Positions 40,779-51,952 of a stretch of DNA of 64,000 nt are shown piece after piece. The translations under genes were made by a program, and so were the position numbers. The notes beneath the pieces were generated by a model, which saw only the letters and a program-made list of their open reading frames with translations, made no database searches and had not been told where the DNA came from. The number at the start of each line of letters is the position of its first letter. Positions within the stretch are counted from its first letter, which is position 1. The DNA is taken from NCBI GenBank assembly GCA_038206355.1, contig JBBRAY010000007.1:57350-121349 (forward strand), given 5' to 3'. The DNA is from Bacteroidia bacterium. GTDB taxonomy: Bacteria; Bacteroidota; Bacteroidia; AKYH767-A; 2013-40CM-41-45.

Positions 40779-41291
40779 TTATTTCACCATTACCATTCGA
40801 CTTCCCTTGTCGATGAACAATGGATTCTCAGGTGAATTGACTTCCTGGGGATCCGCCTGCGCAACGAGGTTTCCGTCATTATTAATTTGCTTTACCCTGT
40901 AATGAATGGTTCCGGTAGCAGGTTTAGTATCCACCCAGCTATAAAGAAGTTCAATCGGTGAACCAATACCTTCTTTTAAACCAACAGGCTCATATTCCAA
41001 TCCGTCCTGTGAACGCTCGATTACATATATACAATCAATTGAATTTGATTTAGCAATCCAGTTCAGATATACTTTACCTGAATTAAAGACCACTGTCTGC
41101 TTTGTAAACTCAAGTTTTCCCGGATCTCCTGAAATTGCTGCTGACTGTGCGAATGTGCTTACCGTGGCGAATACCAGGAAGAACAATACCACTAGTTCAA
41201 GTGCGTAAACAAAGATTTTGTTGGATGCTGTTTTCATTTTTAAGGATTGATAAATGTTTGTTTGCTGAATGCTGGTAAGAGTTGCTTTCAT
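40779..41291 (-). CDS. Secreted single Ig/FN3-like domain protein
   Basis: Signal peptide ending TFA-Q; V.LNW...Y.IERS.DG..Y..VG...G.G....YSW.D..P..G..YR.KQ...DG; start uncertain (41291 or 41237). Confidence 0.65.
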   Translation of the reverse strand: MKATLTSIQQTNIYQSLKMKTASNKIFVYALELVVLFFLVFATVSTFAQSAAISGDPGKLEFTKQTVVFNSGKVYLNWIAKSNSIDCIYVIERSQDGLEYEPVGLKEGIGSPIELLYSWVDTKPATGTIHYRVKQINNDGNLVAQADPQEVNSPENPLFIDKGSRMVMVK

Positions 41292-41612
41292 TTTTTTAAT
41301 AATTTGTTTATGGGAATTTATACCCTGAGAGGGTCTTGTTGTTTGCACAACCCCCATCCTGTCTTACATCTGTAAGGTTTTTGCCATTTGTTGTAAGAAT
41401 AAATCCGTAGATGCTTTACTTTTTGGAATAATTCTTACAAAAATCGGGTTGAGGAAAAATGTTACATCGGCTGTAAGAAAAATATCGCGTTTGATTGTAT
41501 TACATTTTTATTACAGAAAAATGCATACATGTGAATCTTAGCGACGAATCATCGCGTTAAAAACACAAATCGAATTGAAAAAAATCAAACGCTAAAATAT
41601 AACCAGACAATA

Positions 41613-43070
41613 ATGGAAACGCTAAACAAAACAATCAAGAAGCTTACCGAGAATGATTATCAGCAGCTTTTATCAGCTGTGGCCGGACGTAAAAACAACA
41701 AGCCTTATACAGTACTTGAATCTGCACGTCACCATGATTATGACGAAAATAAAATGATGGAGGTGCTTTCCGTAAACCCAAGCACATACTATACACTAAA
41801 AAGCCGCCTCAATGAAAAGATCGCTGCCTATCTTTCAAAGAATATGGATAATCCCATTAATGCCTTGAAAGAAAAAGTGGCCATGGTTCCTGCCATGCTT
41901 TTTGGAAATGATCGCGAAGTTTCCATCCGTGCACTGAAAAATCTCGAAAAGCAGTTGATTGAATACGATCTTTCAAACGAATTAATCACAGTTTATAAAG
42001 CCCTTGCCCGCTTAAGCATGCACAATGGCGACTACGATTTTTATGAACGTGAATACAACCGCCACGTTGCCTATTCCCTGGCTGTAGTGAAAGCTGAAGA
42101 TATGTTTTTTGAATTTACAAAACGGGCCGGCCTTTACCAGCTCACAAAAGAACAAAGTGATCTTGATGCGCTGCAAACAAACCTCAGGGAACTCACCAAT
42201 ATTTCTGAATTGTATCACGGTCACCGGTTATTTGTTATTTATAACATCGTTCACACGTATTACCTCTGCATCAACACGCAGCGTAAAGAAAATCTGCAGG
42301 CACTTGAAATTGAGATTGACAACATTCTGCAGCAAATCAGAAAACATTTTGAAACGTATGAAATGGATACCTTTTATCAGAGTATCCGCTTTATCGTGGA
42401 TTTCTTATACTTCGAATATTACACCCGCACAGGAAATATGGTGCGCGCTGAACATCATTTTCAGATGATCAATCGCCAGGTACCTGATATTTCTTTCAAA
42501 CCGGTTTTTAGTTTTTATGTCATGCAATACCTGAATGCAAGTGTTGAAAGATACCTCGCAGGCGGAGATATTTCAGGACTTACAGGAACTATCAATGAAC
42601 TGGAAACAAATTTTGATACCGAAAACAACGACCCATACCCTTTCATTCATTTCCAACGTTACCTCGCCATCAGTAAATTTTATTCAGGCGATTATTCCGG
42701 TGCTGCCAAGTGTATCAATAGCCTGAGAAACGAAATCAGTATGAAGAGATTTTTTCATACCGATGTGGAATGCAAACTTTTTCAGGCACTTAATTATTGC
42801 ATGATCGGGGAAGATGGGTTGTGTAATCAGCTACTCCAAAGTGTAAAACGTCAGGTTTCAGAAGATGAAACCAACTATGAATCTGCCAATATGTTTATCC
42901 GCATGATCAAAGCAGCATTGAAGCCGGATGAATTTCGTCGCAAAGTGAGTAAACTGAATGATGCATGGCATGCCTTTTCAAATGCCAATACCGGATCAAG
43001 AAAAATCCTCACCTTTCTCAAACTTGATGAATCAGCACTGAGAAGAATGGCGAATCCGATAAAGGATTAA
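41613..43070 (+). CDS. Hypothetical helical protein, putative regulator (N-terminal HTH-like segment plus TPR-like body)
   Basis: ENKMMEVLSVNPSTYYTLKSRLNEKI looks HTH-like; remainder alpha-helical; divergent from the PKD operon. Confidence 0.5.
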   Translation: METLNKTIKKLTENDYQQLLSAVAGRKNNKPYTVLESARHHDYDENKMMEVLSVNPSTYYTLKSRLNEKIAAYLSKNMDNPINALKEKVAMVPAMLFGNDREVSIRALKNLEKQLIEYDLSNELITVYKALARLSMHNGDYDFYEREYNRHVAYSLAVVKAEDMFFEFTKRAGLYQLTKEQSDLDALQTNLRELTNISELYHGHRLFVIYNIVHTYYLCINTQRKENLQALEIEIDNILQQIRKHFETYEMDTFYQSIRFIVDFLYFEYYTRTGNMVRAEHHFQMINRQVPDISFKPVFSFYVMQYLNASVERYLAGGDISGLTGTINELETNFDTENNDPYPFIHFQRYLAISKFYSGDYSGAAKCINSLRNEISMKRFFHTDVECKLFQALNYCMIGEDGLCNQLLQSVKRQVSEDETNYESANMFIRMIKAALKPDEFRRKVSKLNDAWHAFSNANTGSRKILTFLKLDESALRRMANPIKD

Positions 43071-43093
43071 AAATCTAAAAAGCAAACCCCAAT

Positions 43094-43127
43094 AAAAAAG
43101 CCCTTCTGAAAATTTCAGAGGGGCTTT
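43094..43127. terminator. Bidirectional intrinsic terminator
   Basis: aaaaaagcccttctgaa-aat-ttcagaggggcttt between convergent genes. Confidence 0.8.
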
Positions 43128-43148
43128 GTAATTATTTTATGGTCAATA

Positions 43149-44864
43149 TTATTTTCCGGAAATCACCAGCTGTTTGGTGATGATGGTCTTTTCTGATCTG
43201 ATCACAACCGAATAAATGCCTTGCGGATAAGAACGGAGGTCGAGTTGACTGGTTCCTTCATTTGCCGACTGAACAAAAACTGATTTTCCCAGCATATCGT
43301 AAACAGTTATTTCACTTATTTCTTTTAACCCTCTTACTGTAACCAGCCCATTTGATGGATTTGGATAAACAGATAAAGCAGCGCTATTAATTGCAGGAAG
43401 GGAATTCGGACCTGAATAATATACATTGATATCATCTATCTTAAGTGAAGTGGATGAATCCTGATTTGTAACATGCCATCCGATATAATAATTTCCTGAT
43501 GTACCGTCAGCAAGATAAATAGAGCTACTGCTGATTGTCCAGTTTGAAGTATTTACAAGCATCGTTGGTACCAATGTCGCAACTACAGTTGCAGGGTCCT
43601 GATCAGTGCAAAGGATGACTTCCATGTTGGACTGGTAAGCAGGAGAAAATGTACGGTAATAAAAGTCCAATTGGTAAACATTCGCTGCATCAAGTCCCAG
43701 GCACGTAGAGAAATAATAATCATTGGCCTGGTTGGTCGGAAGTTCATGAGAATAATCAGCACAAACTGATCCTGCATGCGGAAGTATAGTGGAAGTTCCC
43801 CAGGTTACAAAATCTGCATCTGCATCAATGTTCACCCACCCCGTTAAGTCATCTGTTGACTCAAAGCCCTGTGTATATGGCGTTACCTGATCAACAACAT
43901 GAGGTCCGCTGTAAAGGTCAAGGGAGAACTGATCATTTGAATTGTCAGCATCAGCGGATACAATTGTACTCGCAAGTATATTATGTGCACCGGGAGCGGA
44001 TAAATCTGCAGTTGCAGTAAATGTGTATGTCATCGTTCCACCGGGAGCAATCGTATCAGTAATGTGTTCTACGGGATTTGATAGTCCGTCAGAAAACGTT
44101 ACGTCAAAATCACTCATATCTGCTGAAGCGAAATTCTTAATTTCAATAGTTACAGTTTCAGTACCTGAAAGCAATGAACATGAAGAAACCGGTGAGGTAA
44201 TATTGGTAACTCCGCCGTCAGCGGCAGCTACTTCATAAAGCCCAATGTCATCTACCTCCCAGAAATATTCAGCAGTTCCAATGTATTCAAATTTGATGTA
44301 AACAGTTGACATACCTGCTGCATCAGCCGAAATGTCAATGTCAAGTGCATTTGGATTTGCTGTCGTCTGACCCGAACCAAGCCCTGCTTCTGCATGGTAT
44401 ACGTCAGTCCAGATTATACCATCATTACTAACCCATACAATACCAAGACTGGTACTCCATTGCACAAAATATTCATTGAAAGTGAGATGCACATTTGCTT
44501 TTGAAGAACAGTCAATTGCGTCTGTAATAAGTTCTGCGTCAGCGCCACCGGGGAAGGCAGAATCACTGTCCAGAATAACATAACCATTTGCAGCTGAGGT
44601 ACCTGCATTACTCAGATTGCCAAAACCGATTGATGACCCTGTGGTTGTATATCTCCACATAACACCGTCGCCGGCGTTGTCATTATTTTGCCATGTCCCG
44701 GGTATGCCACCTGAGAAATCCTGCATATAAAAAGGAACCGTCTGAACGGAATTTGGCCCGGAATGTCTGGCCGTACCGTTTTTGTTGTTTCCGGAAGGAT
44801 TTGATGCCATCACCGAAGTAATGAGCATCAAAAACACAAAAGTGTAAGTAGTGATTTTTTTCAT
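43149..44864 (-). CDS. T9SS type A cargo protein (adhesin/CBM-like and CARDB-like domains)
   Basis: Signal peptide; C-terminal VYPNPSNG...VYDMLGK...DL....GIY.V......KQLVI. Confidence 0.85.
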   Translation of the reverse strand: MKKITTYTFVFLMLITSVMASNPSGNNKNGTARHSGPNSVQTVPFYMQDFSGGIPGTWQNNDNAGDGVMWRYTTTGSSIGFGNLSNAGTSAANGYVILDSDSAFPGGADAELITDAIDCSSKANVHLTFNEYFVQWSTSLGIVWVSNDGIIWTDVYHAEAGLGSGQTTANPNALDIDISADAAGMSTVYIKFEYIGTAEYFWEVDDIGLYEVAAADGGVTNITSPVSSCSLLSGTETVTIEIKNFASADMSDFDVTFSDGLSNPVEHITDTIAPGGTMTYTFTATADLSAPGAHNILASTIVSADADNSNDQFSLDLYSGPHVVDQVTPYTQGFESTDDLTGWVNIDADADFVTWGTSTILPHAGSVCADYSHELPTNQANDYYFSTCLGLDAANVYQLDFYYRTFSPAYQSNMEVILCTDQDPATVVATLVPTMLVNTSNWTISSSSIYLADGTSGNYYIGWHVTNQDSSTSLKIDDINVYYSGPNSLPAINSAALSVYPNPSNGLVTVRGLKEISEITVYDMLGKSVFVQSANEGTSQLDLRSYPQGIYSVVIRSEKTIITKQLVISGK

Positions 44865-44954
44865 AAAATAGGAAGTTTAATATAAGGGTTTCAAATATAG
44901 AATTTATTACTGAGTGAGCAAAATCATGTTCCCCGTAATAACCTGATGTTACTG

Positions 44955-47840
44955 CTATTCAGACAGCGTTTCTGCATATTGTTCAATAGGAGGACATGCG
45001 CAAATTAAATTTCTGTCTCCATATGCGTTATCAACACGCCCAACGCTAGCCCAGAATTTTTTCTCTTTAATATATGGTAAGGCAAATGCTGCTTTGGAAC
45101 GTGAATAAGAATGATCCCATTCATCTTTTGTAATTTCATTTAATGTATGAGGCGCATTTTTGAGCACATTATCCTTTCTGTCTGCAATCCCTTTTTCAAT
45201 TTCATCAATCTCTCCACGAATGGAAATCATCGCATCACAAAAACGATCCAGTTCTGCCTTTGATTCGCTCTCTGTCGGTTCAATCATAATCGTTCCCGGC
45301 ACAGGAAACGACATCGTTGGTGCATGAAATCCGTAGTCCATTAATCGTTTCGCAATGTCTTCCACTTCTACCCCTGCAGATATTTTGAATGGCCTGCAAT
45401 CCAGTATCATTTCATGTGCACACCTGCCTTTTGTCCCCTGGTACAAAACAGGATAATGGTTTTCTAATTTCGACTTGATGTAATTTGCGTTCAATATCGC
45501 ATATTTTGTCGAATCAGTCACCCCTTCCGCCCCCAGCATTTTTACATAGGCATAACTAATAAGTAGAATACTGGCACTTCCCCATGGTGCTGCACTTACT
45601 GCATGCGTTCCGCCTCGGCCACCGGTTTTTATTAATGGATGACCGGGAAGAAATGGTTCAAGATGCTTTGCCACACAAATGGGACCCATGCCCGGGCCTC
45701 CGCCTCCATGAGGTATCGAAAACGTTTTGTGAAGATTGAGGTGACAAACGTCGGCACCAATACGGGCAGGATTCGTCAACCCAACCTGCGCATTCATATT
45801 TGCGCCATCCATATATACCTGACCTCCGCAGTCATGAATAATTTTTGTGATTTCAGAAATTCCCTCTTCAAATACGCCATGCGTGGAAGGGTATGTTACC
45901 ATCAGGCAGGAAAGATTGGCTTTGTGTTGTTCGGCCTTTGCCCTCAAATCTGCAATGTCAATATTACCTGATTCATCGGTTTTTGTAACCACTACTTTCA
46001 TTCCTGCCATCACTGCGCTTGCCGGGTTCGTTCCGTGCGCACTCTGTGGAATTAATACAACGTTGCGGTGTGCATCACCCCTGCTGAGATGATATTCACG
46101 GATCACCATCAGTCCGGCATATTCTCCTTGTGCGCCTGAGTTGGGTTGTAATGAGGTAGCCGCAAATCCGGTGATGACAGATAAATAGTTTTCAAGCTCT
46201 TTAATAATGACTGCATACCCTTCTGCCTGATCCACCGGCGCAAAAGGATGCATGTTACTCCAGTGTGCCCAGCTTAACGGAACCATTTCAGAAGTTGCAT
46301 TCAGTTTCATTGTGCAACTGCCAAGGGGTATCATCGAAAAATTCAACGAGAGGTCTTTGTTTTCCAGCGCGGTGATGTAACGCAACATTTCAGTCTCACT
46401 GTGGTGCGTGCTGAAAACCGGATGGGTAAGTATTTCTGAAGTCCTTTTCAATGAACCTGAAATAATTTCTTTTCCGGTCACTTTCATTTTTAAAAATTCT
46501 TCCCGGGTAAAGTTCTTCTTTGACTCAGTCGCAAATAAATTTACAAGCCGGAATAAATCATCTTCATCAGTCGCTTCGCTGATGCTGACTACAATCTTAT
46601 TGTTATCAACATAACGAACATTGATTCCTTCTTCAGCCGCTTCACGCACAATTTTTTTCGCATCCTTAACCTCAACAAGGAGCGTATCGAAATAACTTTT
46701 ATTCATCTGACGATAGCCAAGATGCGTCAACGCAATTTCTGTCCATCGTGTTTTATTGTGAATCGTTTCAGAAATATTCTTCATTCCCTTTGGCCCGTGA
46801 TATACAGCATACATTCCTGCCATCACAGCAAGCAGCACCTGAGCTGTACAAATATTTGAAGTGGCTTTATCGCGGCGGATGTGCTGCTCGCGGGTTTGCA
46901 ATGCCATGCGTAACGCCCTGTTCCCGTGTACGTCAACACTTACTCCTATAATGCGCCCCGGCATCTCACGTTTATAGGATTCCTTCGCTGCAAAAAAAGC
47001 TGCATGCGGACCACCATAACCGAGCAGAACACCAAACCGCTGTGAGTTTCCGAATACAATATCTGCTCCCCATTCTCCCGGAGGCGTAAGCATCACCAAT
47101 GCCATCAGGTCACTCGCTACACCAACCTGTATTCCCAAAGCGTGTGCATCTTCTGTGAATTTTTTATAATCGTGAATTTCTCCGTTCGTTGCCGGATACT
47201 GAATGATGGCTCCGAAAAATGATTCATCGGTTTTTTCTTTTGTGAAATCACCGATCACCAGTTCTATTCCAAGTGGTGCTGATCGCGTAATCAACACATC
47301 AATGGTCTGCGGAAAGCATTCATTGCTCACAAATAATTTATTGGCATTGCGTTGCTCCTGTTCACGGCTGCGTGATGCAAAAAAAACGTGCATGGCTTCA
47401 GCAGCTGCAGTAGCTTCATCAAGAAGAGACGCATTGGCAATCTGCATTCCTGTAAGGTCAATCACCATGGTCTGGTAATTCAATAACGCTTCAAGCCTCC
47501 CTTGTGAAATCTCCGCCTGGTAAGGTGTATAAGCTGTGTACCAGCCCGGGTTTTCTAAAATATTCCGTTGGATGACACCCGGAATGATGGGCTCTGAATA
47601 TCCCAGTCCAATATAGTTTTTATAAACTTTATTTTTCGATGCCGTGCTTTGTAATTCTTTGAGAAACTGACTTTCAGATTGCGCGGCCGGCAAAGCCAGT
47701 TTTTCTTTTAGCCTGATAGACGACGGAACGGTTTCATCAATCAGTTGATCCAATGATAAAGCATTTAACTCTTTCAGCATTTTTGGTAAATCATTTTCTG
47801 AGATACCGATATGCCGGCTGGCAAAATTATTTCGAAGCAT
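44955..47840 (-). CDS. gcvP: Glycine dehydrogenase (decarboxylating), P protein
   Basis: [51 protein letters not shown]. Confidence 0.97.
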   Translation of the reverse strand: MLRNNFASRHIGISENDLPKMLKELNALSLDQLIDETVPSSIRLKEKLALPAAQSESQFLKELQSTASKNKVYKNYIGLGYSEPIIPGVIQRNILENPGWYTAYTPYQAEISQGRLEALLNYQTMVIDLTGMQIANASLLDEATAAAEAMHVFFASRSREQEQRNANKLFVSNECFPQTIDVLITRSAPLGIELVIGDFTKEKTDESFFGAIIQYPATNGEIHDYKKFTEDAHALGIQVGVASDLMALVMLTPPGEWGADIVFGNSQRFGVLLGYGGPHAAFFAAKESYKREMPGRIIGVSVDVHGNRALRMALQTREQHIRRDKATSNICTAQVLLAVMAGMYAVYHGPKGMKNISETIHNKTRWTEIALTHLGYRQMNKSYFDTLLVEVKDAKKIVREAAEEGINVRYVDNNKIVVSISEATDEDDLFRLVNLFATESKKNFTREEFLKMKVTGKEIISGSLKRTSEILTHPVFSTHHSETEMLRYITALENKDLSLNFSMIPLGSCTMKLNATSEMVPLSWAHWSNMHPFAPVDQAEGYAVIIKELENYLSVITGFAATSLQPNSGAQGEYAGLMVIREYHLSRGDAHRNVVLIPQSAHGTNPASAVMAGMKVVVTKTDESGNIDIADLRAKAEQHKANLSCLMVTYPSTHGVFEEGISEITKIIHDCGGQVYMDGANMNAQVGLTNPARIGADVCHLNLHKTFSIPHGGGGPGMGPICVAKHLEPFLPGHPLIKTGGRGGTHAVSAAPWGSASILLISYAYVKMLGAEGVTDSTKYAILNANYIKSKLENHYPVLYQGTKGRCAHEMILDCRPFKISAGVEVEDIAKRLMDYGFHAPTMSFPVPGTIMIEPTESESKAELDRFCDAMISIRGEIDEIEKGIADRKDNVLKNAPHTLNEITKDEWDHSYSRSKAAFALPYIKEKKFWASVGRVDNAYGDRNLICACPPIEQYAETLSE

Positions 47841-48130
47841 GGAATTTTAAGGTTTGCAGTAGTTGAACAGTGGAATCACAGGTAATAGCCCTGTTACTTG
47901 GATTGTTTTTTGGACTGCGAAAGTAGGAAAAGTTGCAGGTTATTTGATATTCATATAATAGTTGGAATTACCTGAATAGTGATGAGCACGATCTTCTTTG
48001 AAAGTAGGGTTCAATATTAAAAAAGACCTGGTTTTTTCCATTAGCTGAATGGAAACCTGACCACCGATAAAATCAATTCCATTTCCCGAATGAATCATAA
48101 TCAGTATTTCCCTACTTTTGTGCTTTATCG

Positions 48131-48892
48131 ATGAAACGGCTTTCCTTATTATTAATTATTTCCACTTATTGCCTGGTAGTAAACGCGCAAGACTCTGCTG
48201 CCGTTGCCAATGACGTAACCATTCTCTTCAGAAAAGAAAGTAGCTTCGGACTTACTGCCCACAGCGGAGGTTTTGGTATTCTTTACCGCAATGCAAGGCA
48301 TGTTTCTGTATGGAGAAAACGTGTTATTGAAACTGAATTTGTAAGCATGCGTCATCCCAAGCAAACCAAGGTTATCAATGACCAGACTTCAGGCGATGCG
48401 AAGCCGTTTTTTTATGGTAAGCTCAACTATGTTTATTTAATCAGGGTAGGGTATGGTATGCAGAAAGTGATATTTGGTAAAGCAGAGCGAAGTGGAGTGG
48501 AGGTGCGTTATAATTTATTTGCCGGAGGAGTTCTTGGACTTGCAAAACCTGTGTATAATGATGTTCTGGTAGATACTGATGATCCCGGGATTAAACTGGT
48601 GGCAACAAAAAAATATGATCCGCTCGATCCTCACCAGCACGAAGTATCTGATTTTTATGGTCCGGGCAGTTATTTCAAGGGCTTCGACCAGCTCACCATT
48701 TATCCCGGCCTCTACGGAAAATTTTCTATCAGCTTCGAATACTCTACTGTTCATCAGAAAGTAGCAATCATTGAAACTGGTATTGTAGCCGATGGCTTCC
48801 TCAAGACCATACCCATCATGGCTTATACAAAGAATAATCCATATTACGTGAATTTATTTGTGTCATTGTTATGGGGAGGAAAAAGGAACTAG
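48131..48892 (+). CDS. Hypothetical outer-membrane protein
   Basis: Signal peptide, amphipathic beta strands; TACTTTTG promoter at 48113-48120. Confidence 0.55.
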   Translation: MKRLSLLLIISTYCLVVNAQDSAAVANDVTILFRKESSFGLTAHSGGFGILYRNARHVSVWRKRVIETEFVSMRHPKQTKVINDQTSGDAKPFFYGKLNYVYLIRVGYGMQKVIFGKAERSGVEVRYNLFAGGVLGLAKPVYNDVLVDTDDPGIKLVATKKYDPLDPHQHEVSDFYGPGSYFKGFDQLTIYPGLYGKFSISFEYSTVHQKVAIIETGIVADGFLKTIPIMAYTKNNPYYVNLFVSLLWGGKRN

Positions 48893-48962
48893 GTAAATGG
48901 TTGAGTAGTTTATTTGTTTAATTGTAAAAACCATAATTTTATCCCGGCTGTTCCCAATTACT

Positions 48963-49029
48963 TAGTCACTCGGTCACTTAATCACCTCGTTACCTCGTCA
49001 CCTCATCGCTCAATCACCTCATTACTTAT
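48963..49029. repeat. Degenerate octamer tandem repeat (tcacctcg-like)
   Basis: agtcactcggtcacttaatcacctcgttacctcgtcacctcatcgctcaatcacctcattacttat. Confidence 0.65.
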
Positions 49030-49035
49030 CCCCAC

Positions 49036-49890
49036 TTGGAATCACCCGCTCAAATAAAAAAACCCTCCTGGTTAAAAGTAAAACTCCCTACCGGAGAGAA
49101 CTATTCGCGTGTGCGTAATCTGGTTGATGAGCACAAACTGCACACGATTTGTCAGAGCGGAAATTGTCCGAACATGGGCGAATGTTGGGGAGCAGGAACT
49201 GCAACATTCATGATATTGGGAAACATCTGTACCCGTTCATGTGGCTTTTGTTCTGTTGCAACCGGAAGACCGGAAGCCGTTGATCCTTTTGAGCCCTTGC
49301 GCGTTGCGAAAAGCATCAAGACCATGGGAATAAAACATGGGGTAATTACATGTGTTGACAGAGATGATCTGGAAGATGGCGGTGCTGAAATCTGGGTGCA
49401 GACGATCAGAAAAATCCGTGAGCTTTCTCCGGGATCAACAATGGAAACATTGATCGGTGATTTTGCAGGCAAATGGGAAAATCTTGAGCGCGTACTCGAT
49501 GAAAAACCGGATGTACTTTCTCATAATCTGGAAACAGTAAGGCGATTAACCAAACAGGTTCGTGTGCAAGCCAAATATGACCGTAGTCTGGAAGTATTAA
49601 AGCGTGCAAGCGAAAAACTCCAGCGTGTAAAATCAGGAATGATGCTTGGACTTGGTGAAACAAAAGATGAAGTACTTGAATCAATGAATGACCTTCGGGC
49701 AAACGGAGTGAATATTCTTACACTTGGTCAATACTTACAACCCACCAAAGAACATTTACCTGTTTGTGAATTCATTACACCTGAAACTTTTGCCGAATAC
49801 AAAACTGCAGGAATGGAAATGGGTTTCCGCTATGTTGAAAGTGGCCCGCTGGTGAGGTCGAGTTACCATGCGGAGAAGCATATTTTCTGA
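49036..49890 (+). CDS. lipA: Lipoyl synthase
   Basis: [31 protein letters not shown]; TTG start. Confidence 0.96.
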   Translation: MESPAQIKKPSWLKVKLPTGENYSRVRNLVDEHKLHTICQSGNCPNMGECWGAGTATFMILGNICTRSCGFCSVATGRPEAVDPFEPLRVAKSIKTMGIKHGVITCVDRDDLEDGGAEIWVQTIRKIRELSPGSTMETLIGDFAGKWENLERVLDEKPDVLSHNLETVRRLTKQVRVQAKYDRSLEVLKRASEKLQRVKSGMMLGLGETKDEVLESMNDLRANGVNILTLGQYLQPTKEHLPVCEFITPETFAEYKTAGMEMGFRYVESGPLVRSSYHAEKHIF

Positions 49891-49946
49891 TAAAATATTT
49901 TCATGGATTTTACATTGATCTATTTCAAAAATTAAACCAACCACGA

Positions 49947-50584
49947 TTGAAAACGAAAATATTAATTTCTCTTGCATCATTCATTCTTTGTAGTATTTTT
50001 TCAATTGCAAAATGTGCATGTAGTTTGAACTACTCCGTTCACTCAGACGGGATGCAAACGGTTGCCTGCATGATGAACATGACAACGCAAACACAATTTT
50101 CGATCAGCATGCAGCCTGGAGATTCAATATATTTTTTTGTTGGAAGTTCCCACAATTGTTACACAAATCAACTTTATGTTGCCTTCAATAATGATACTCT
50201 TTTCTACGGACCTGCAGGGGATCCCGATCCTGGATTCTATTATTCGGCAATGGATAGCGGTCATTATCATTTCGATTATTTCTATGGTTTGGGCATGTAA
50301 TCAAAGATGTATTTGTAAACTTTGATGTGAATTTGGCAGTCGACAATAAGAAACAAAATCAAGATATTCGCTTATTACCTAGTTTTTCATACGGAATTTA
50401 TAAGATAATTCCGTACGAAACAGTAACCCGCATTTGTGTAGTCAATAGTTCGGGAATTATTATTTATGAATCCTCAAAAAGTATTTCTGAAATCAATATT
50501 GCTAAATTTCCCGCCGGCATTTATTTTTATGCAATCACAGATGAAAAGGAAAATGTTTTCAGAGGAAGAATTGTAAAAGAGTAG
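49947..50584 (+). pseudogene. Frameshifted small T9SS type A cargo gene (split into 49947-50300 and 50327-50584)
   Basis: First ORF has a signal peptide; the second frame is open upstream of its start (LWFGHVIKDVFVNFDVNLAV) and ends in a CTD-like INI...PAGIYF..I.......GRIVKE. Confidence 0.6.
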
Positions 50585-50594
50585 GCGCTTTTGA

Positions 50595-50633
50595 TATTCG
50601 TAGATTCGTAATCTTTCGCTATTCGTACCTTCG
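50595..50633. repeat. ATTCGTA-type degenerate repeat merging into a TACCTTCG promoter-like element before gap
   Basis: tattcgtagattcgtaatctttcgctattcgtaccttcg. Confidence 0.65.
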
Positions 50634-50637
50634 CGCC

Positions 50638-51642
50638 ATGAAAAAAATCCGCGTCGCCATCAACGGCTTTGGCCGTATCGGAAGAATGACTACCCGCGTC
50701 CTTCTTCAAAGAGACAATATTGAACTTGTTGCTATCAATGACCTTACAGATACCAATACCCTTGCTCATCTTTTTAAATACGATTCCATCCATCGTACTT
50801 TTAATGGAACAGTTACAGCTGAAACAGATCACTTATATATTAATGGGAAACAAATAAAAGTAATTGCAGAAAAAAATCCGGCCGATCTTCCCTGGCATAC
50901 TTTAGATATAGATGTTGTTATTGAGTGCACAGGAAAATTTACAAATGCAGAAACTGCAGGTGCTCATTTAGCCGCCGGAGCAAAAAAAGTGGTGTTGTCA
51001 TCTCCGTCAAAAGGTAAGGATGACATGAAAACAATTGTCATGGGGGTTAATGACAACACGATAACAGGAGAGGAAAAAATTATTTCAAATGCATCCTGCA
51101 CCACCAACAATGCAGCGCCGATGCTTAAAATACTGGATGATAACTGGGGAATTGAAACGGCATTTGTTACAACGATTCATTCTTATACCGGTGATCAGAA
51201 TATTCATGATGCGCCACATAAAGATTTAAGAAGAGCGAGGGCGGCTGCAGTGAGTATAATTCCAACAACCACCGGAGCTGCTAAAGCACTTGCGGAAGTC
51301 TTGCCCCATTTAAAGGGGAAACTGGGTGGTGCCGGGGTTCGGGTTCCTGTTCCCAATGGCTCCCTGACAGATATCACCTGTGTCCTCAAGAAACATCCTA
51401 CAGCCGAAGAAATTAATGCAGCCTTTAAAAAAGCCTCTGAATCGCCTGGATTAATGGAAATCATCGAATATGTGACTGATCCAATTGTATCAATTGACAT
51501 CGTGGATAATCCACATTCCTGCATTATTGACTCATTATTGACGTCTGTGCTTGAGGGAATGGTTAAAGTCGTAGGGTGGTATGACAATGAAATAGGATAC
51601 AGTAACAGGCTGGCTGATTTAGTTACGAAAATAAATTCCTGA
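50638..51642 (+). CDS. gap: Glyceraldehyde-3-phosphate dehydrogenase type I
   Basis: INGFGRIGR, ASCTTN, TTGAAKA, RVPVP.GS, WYDNE.GYS. Confidence 0.95.
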   Translation: MKKIRVAINGFGRIGRMTTRVLLQRDNIELVAINDLTDTNTLAHLFKYDSIHRTFNGTVTAETDHLYINGKQIKVIAEKNPADLPWHTLDIDVVIECTGKFTNAETAGAHLAAGAKKVVLSSPSKGKDDMKTIVMGVNDNTITGEEKIISNASCTTNNAAPMLKILDDNWGIETAFVTTIHSYTGDQNIHDAPHKDLRRARAAAVSIIPTTTGAAKALAEVLPHLKGKLGGAGVRVPVPNGSLTDITCVLKKHPTAEEINAAFKKASESPGLMEIIEYVTDPIVSIDIVDNPHSCIIDSLLTSVLEGMVKVVGWYDNEIGYSNRLADLVTKINS

Positions 51643-51952
51643 AAAAATCGAATAAAGTTGCTTTTTTGCGATAATTTCAGCCTTTCTGACATTTAATTGA
51701 TCATTTCTCAACGTTCTTCACAAAAATTTTTTTTGCAGGAGATATTTTTTGTCTACTGTTGTCCCACATTACGGAACATTTTGTCAGTTCTATTTGTTGT
51801 TTAGCGGAAATATATACCCAAAACGTTAATTGGGGGTTAAATTTCAGTCAGTAGTCAAAGTTAATATTGACAATTGCGTTTGATAACTTAATGGTATGGT
51901 AATTGAAAATCGACACGCCACGCCAAATAAATGACCTTATTTGTTCCGAATT

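Noticed and set aside
47841-48130. Glycine riboswitch upstream of gcvP
   Set aside because: No recognisable aptamer motifs; the putative promoter (TACTTTCG near 47918-47925) leaves only a short leader.
51643-51940. Replication origin or dif site in the AT-rich gaps (here and 6700-6866)
   Set aside because: No DnaA-box cluster and no convincing XerC/XerD dif consensus seen.
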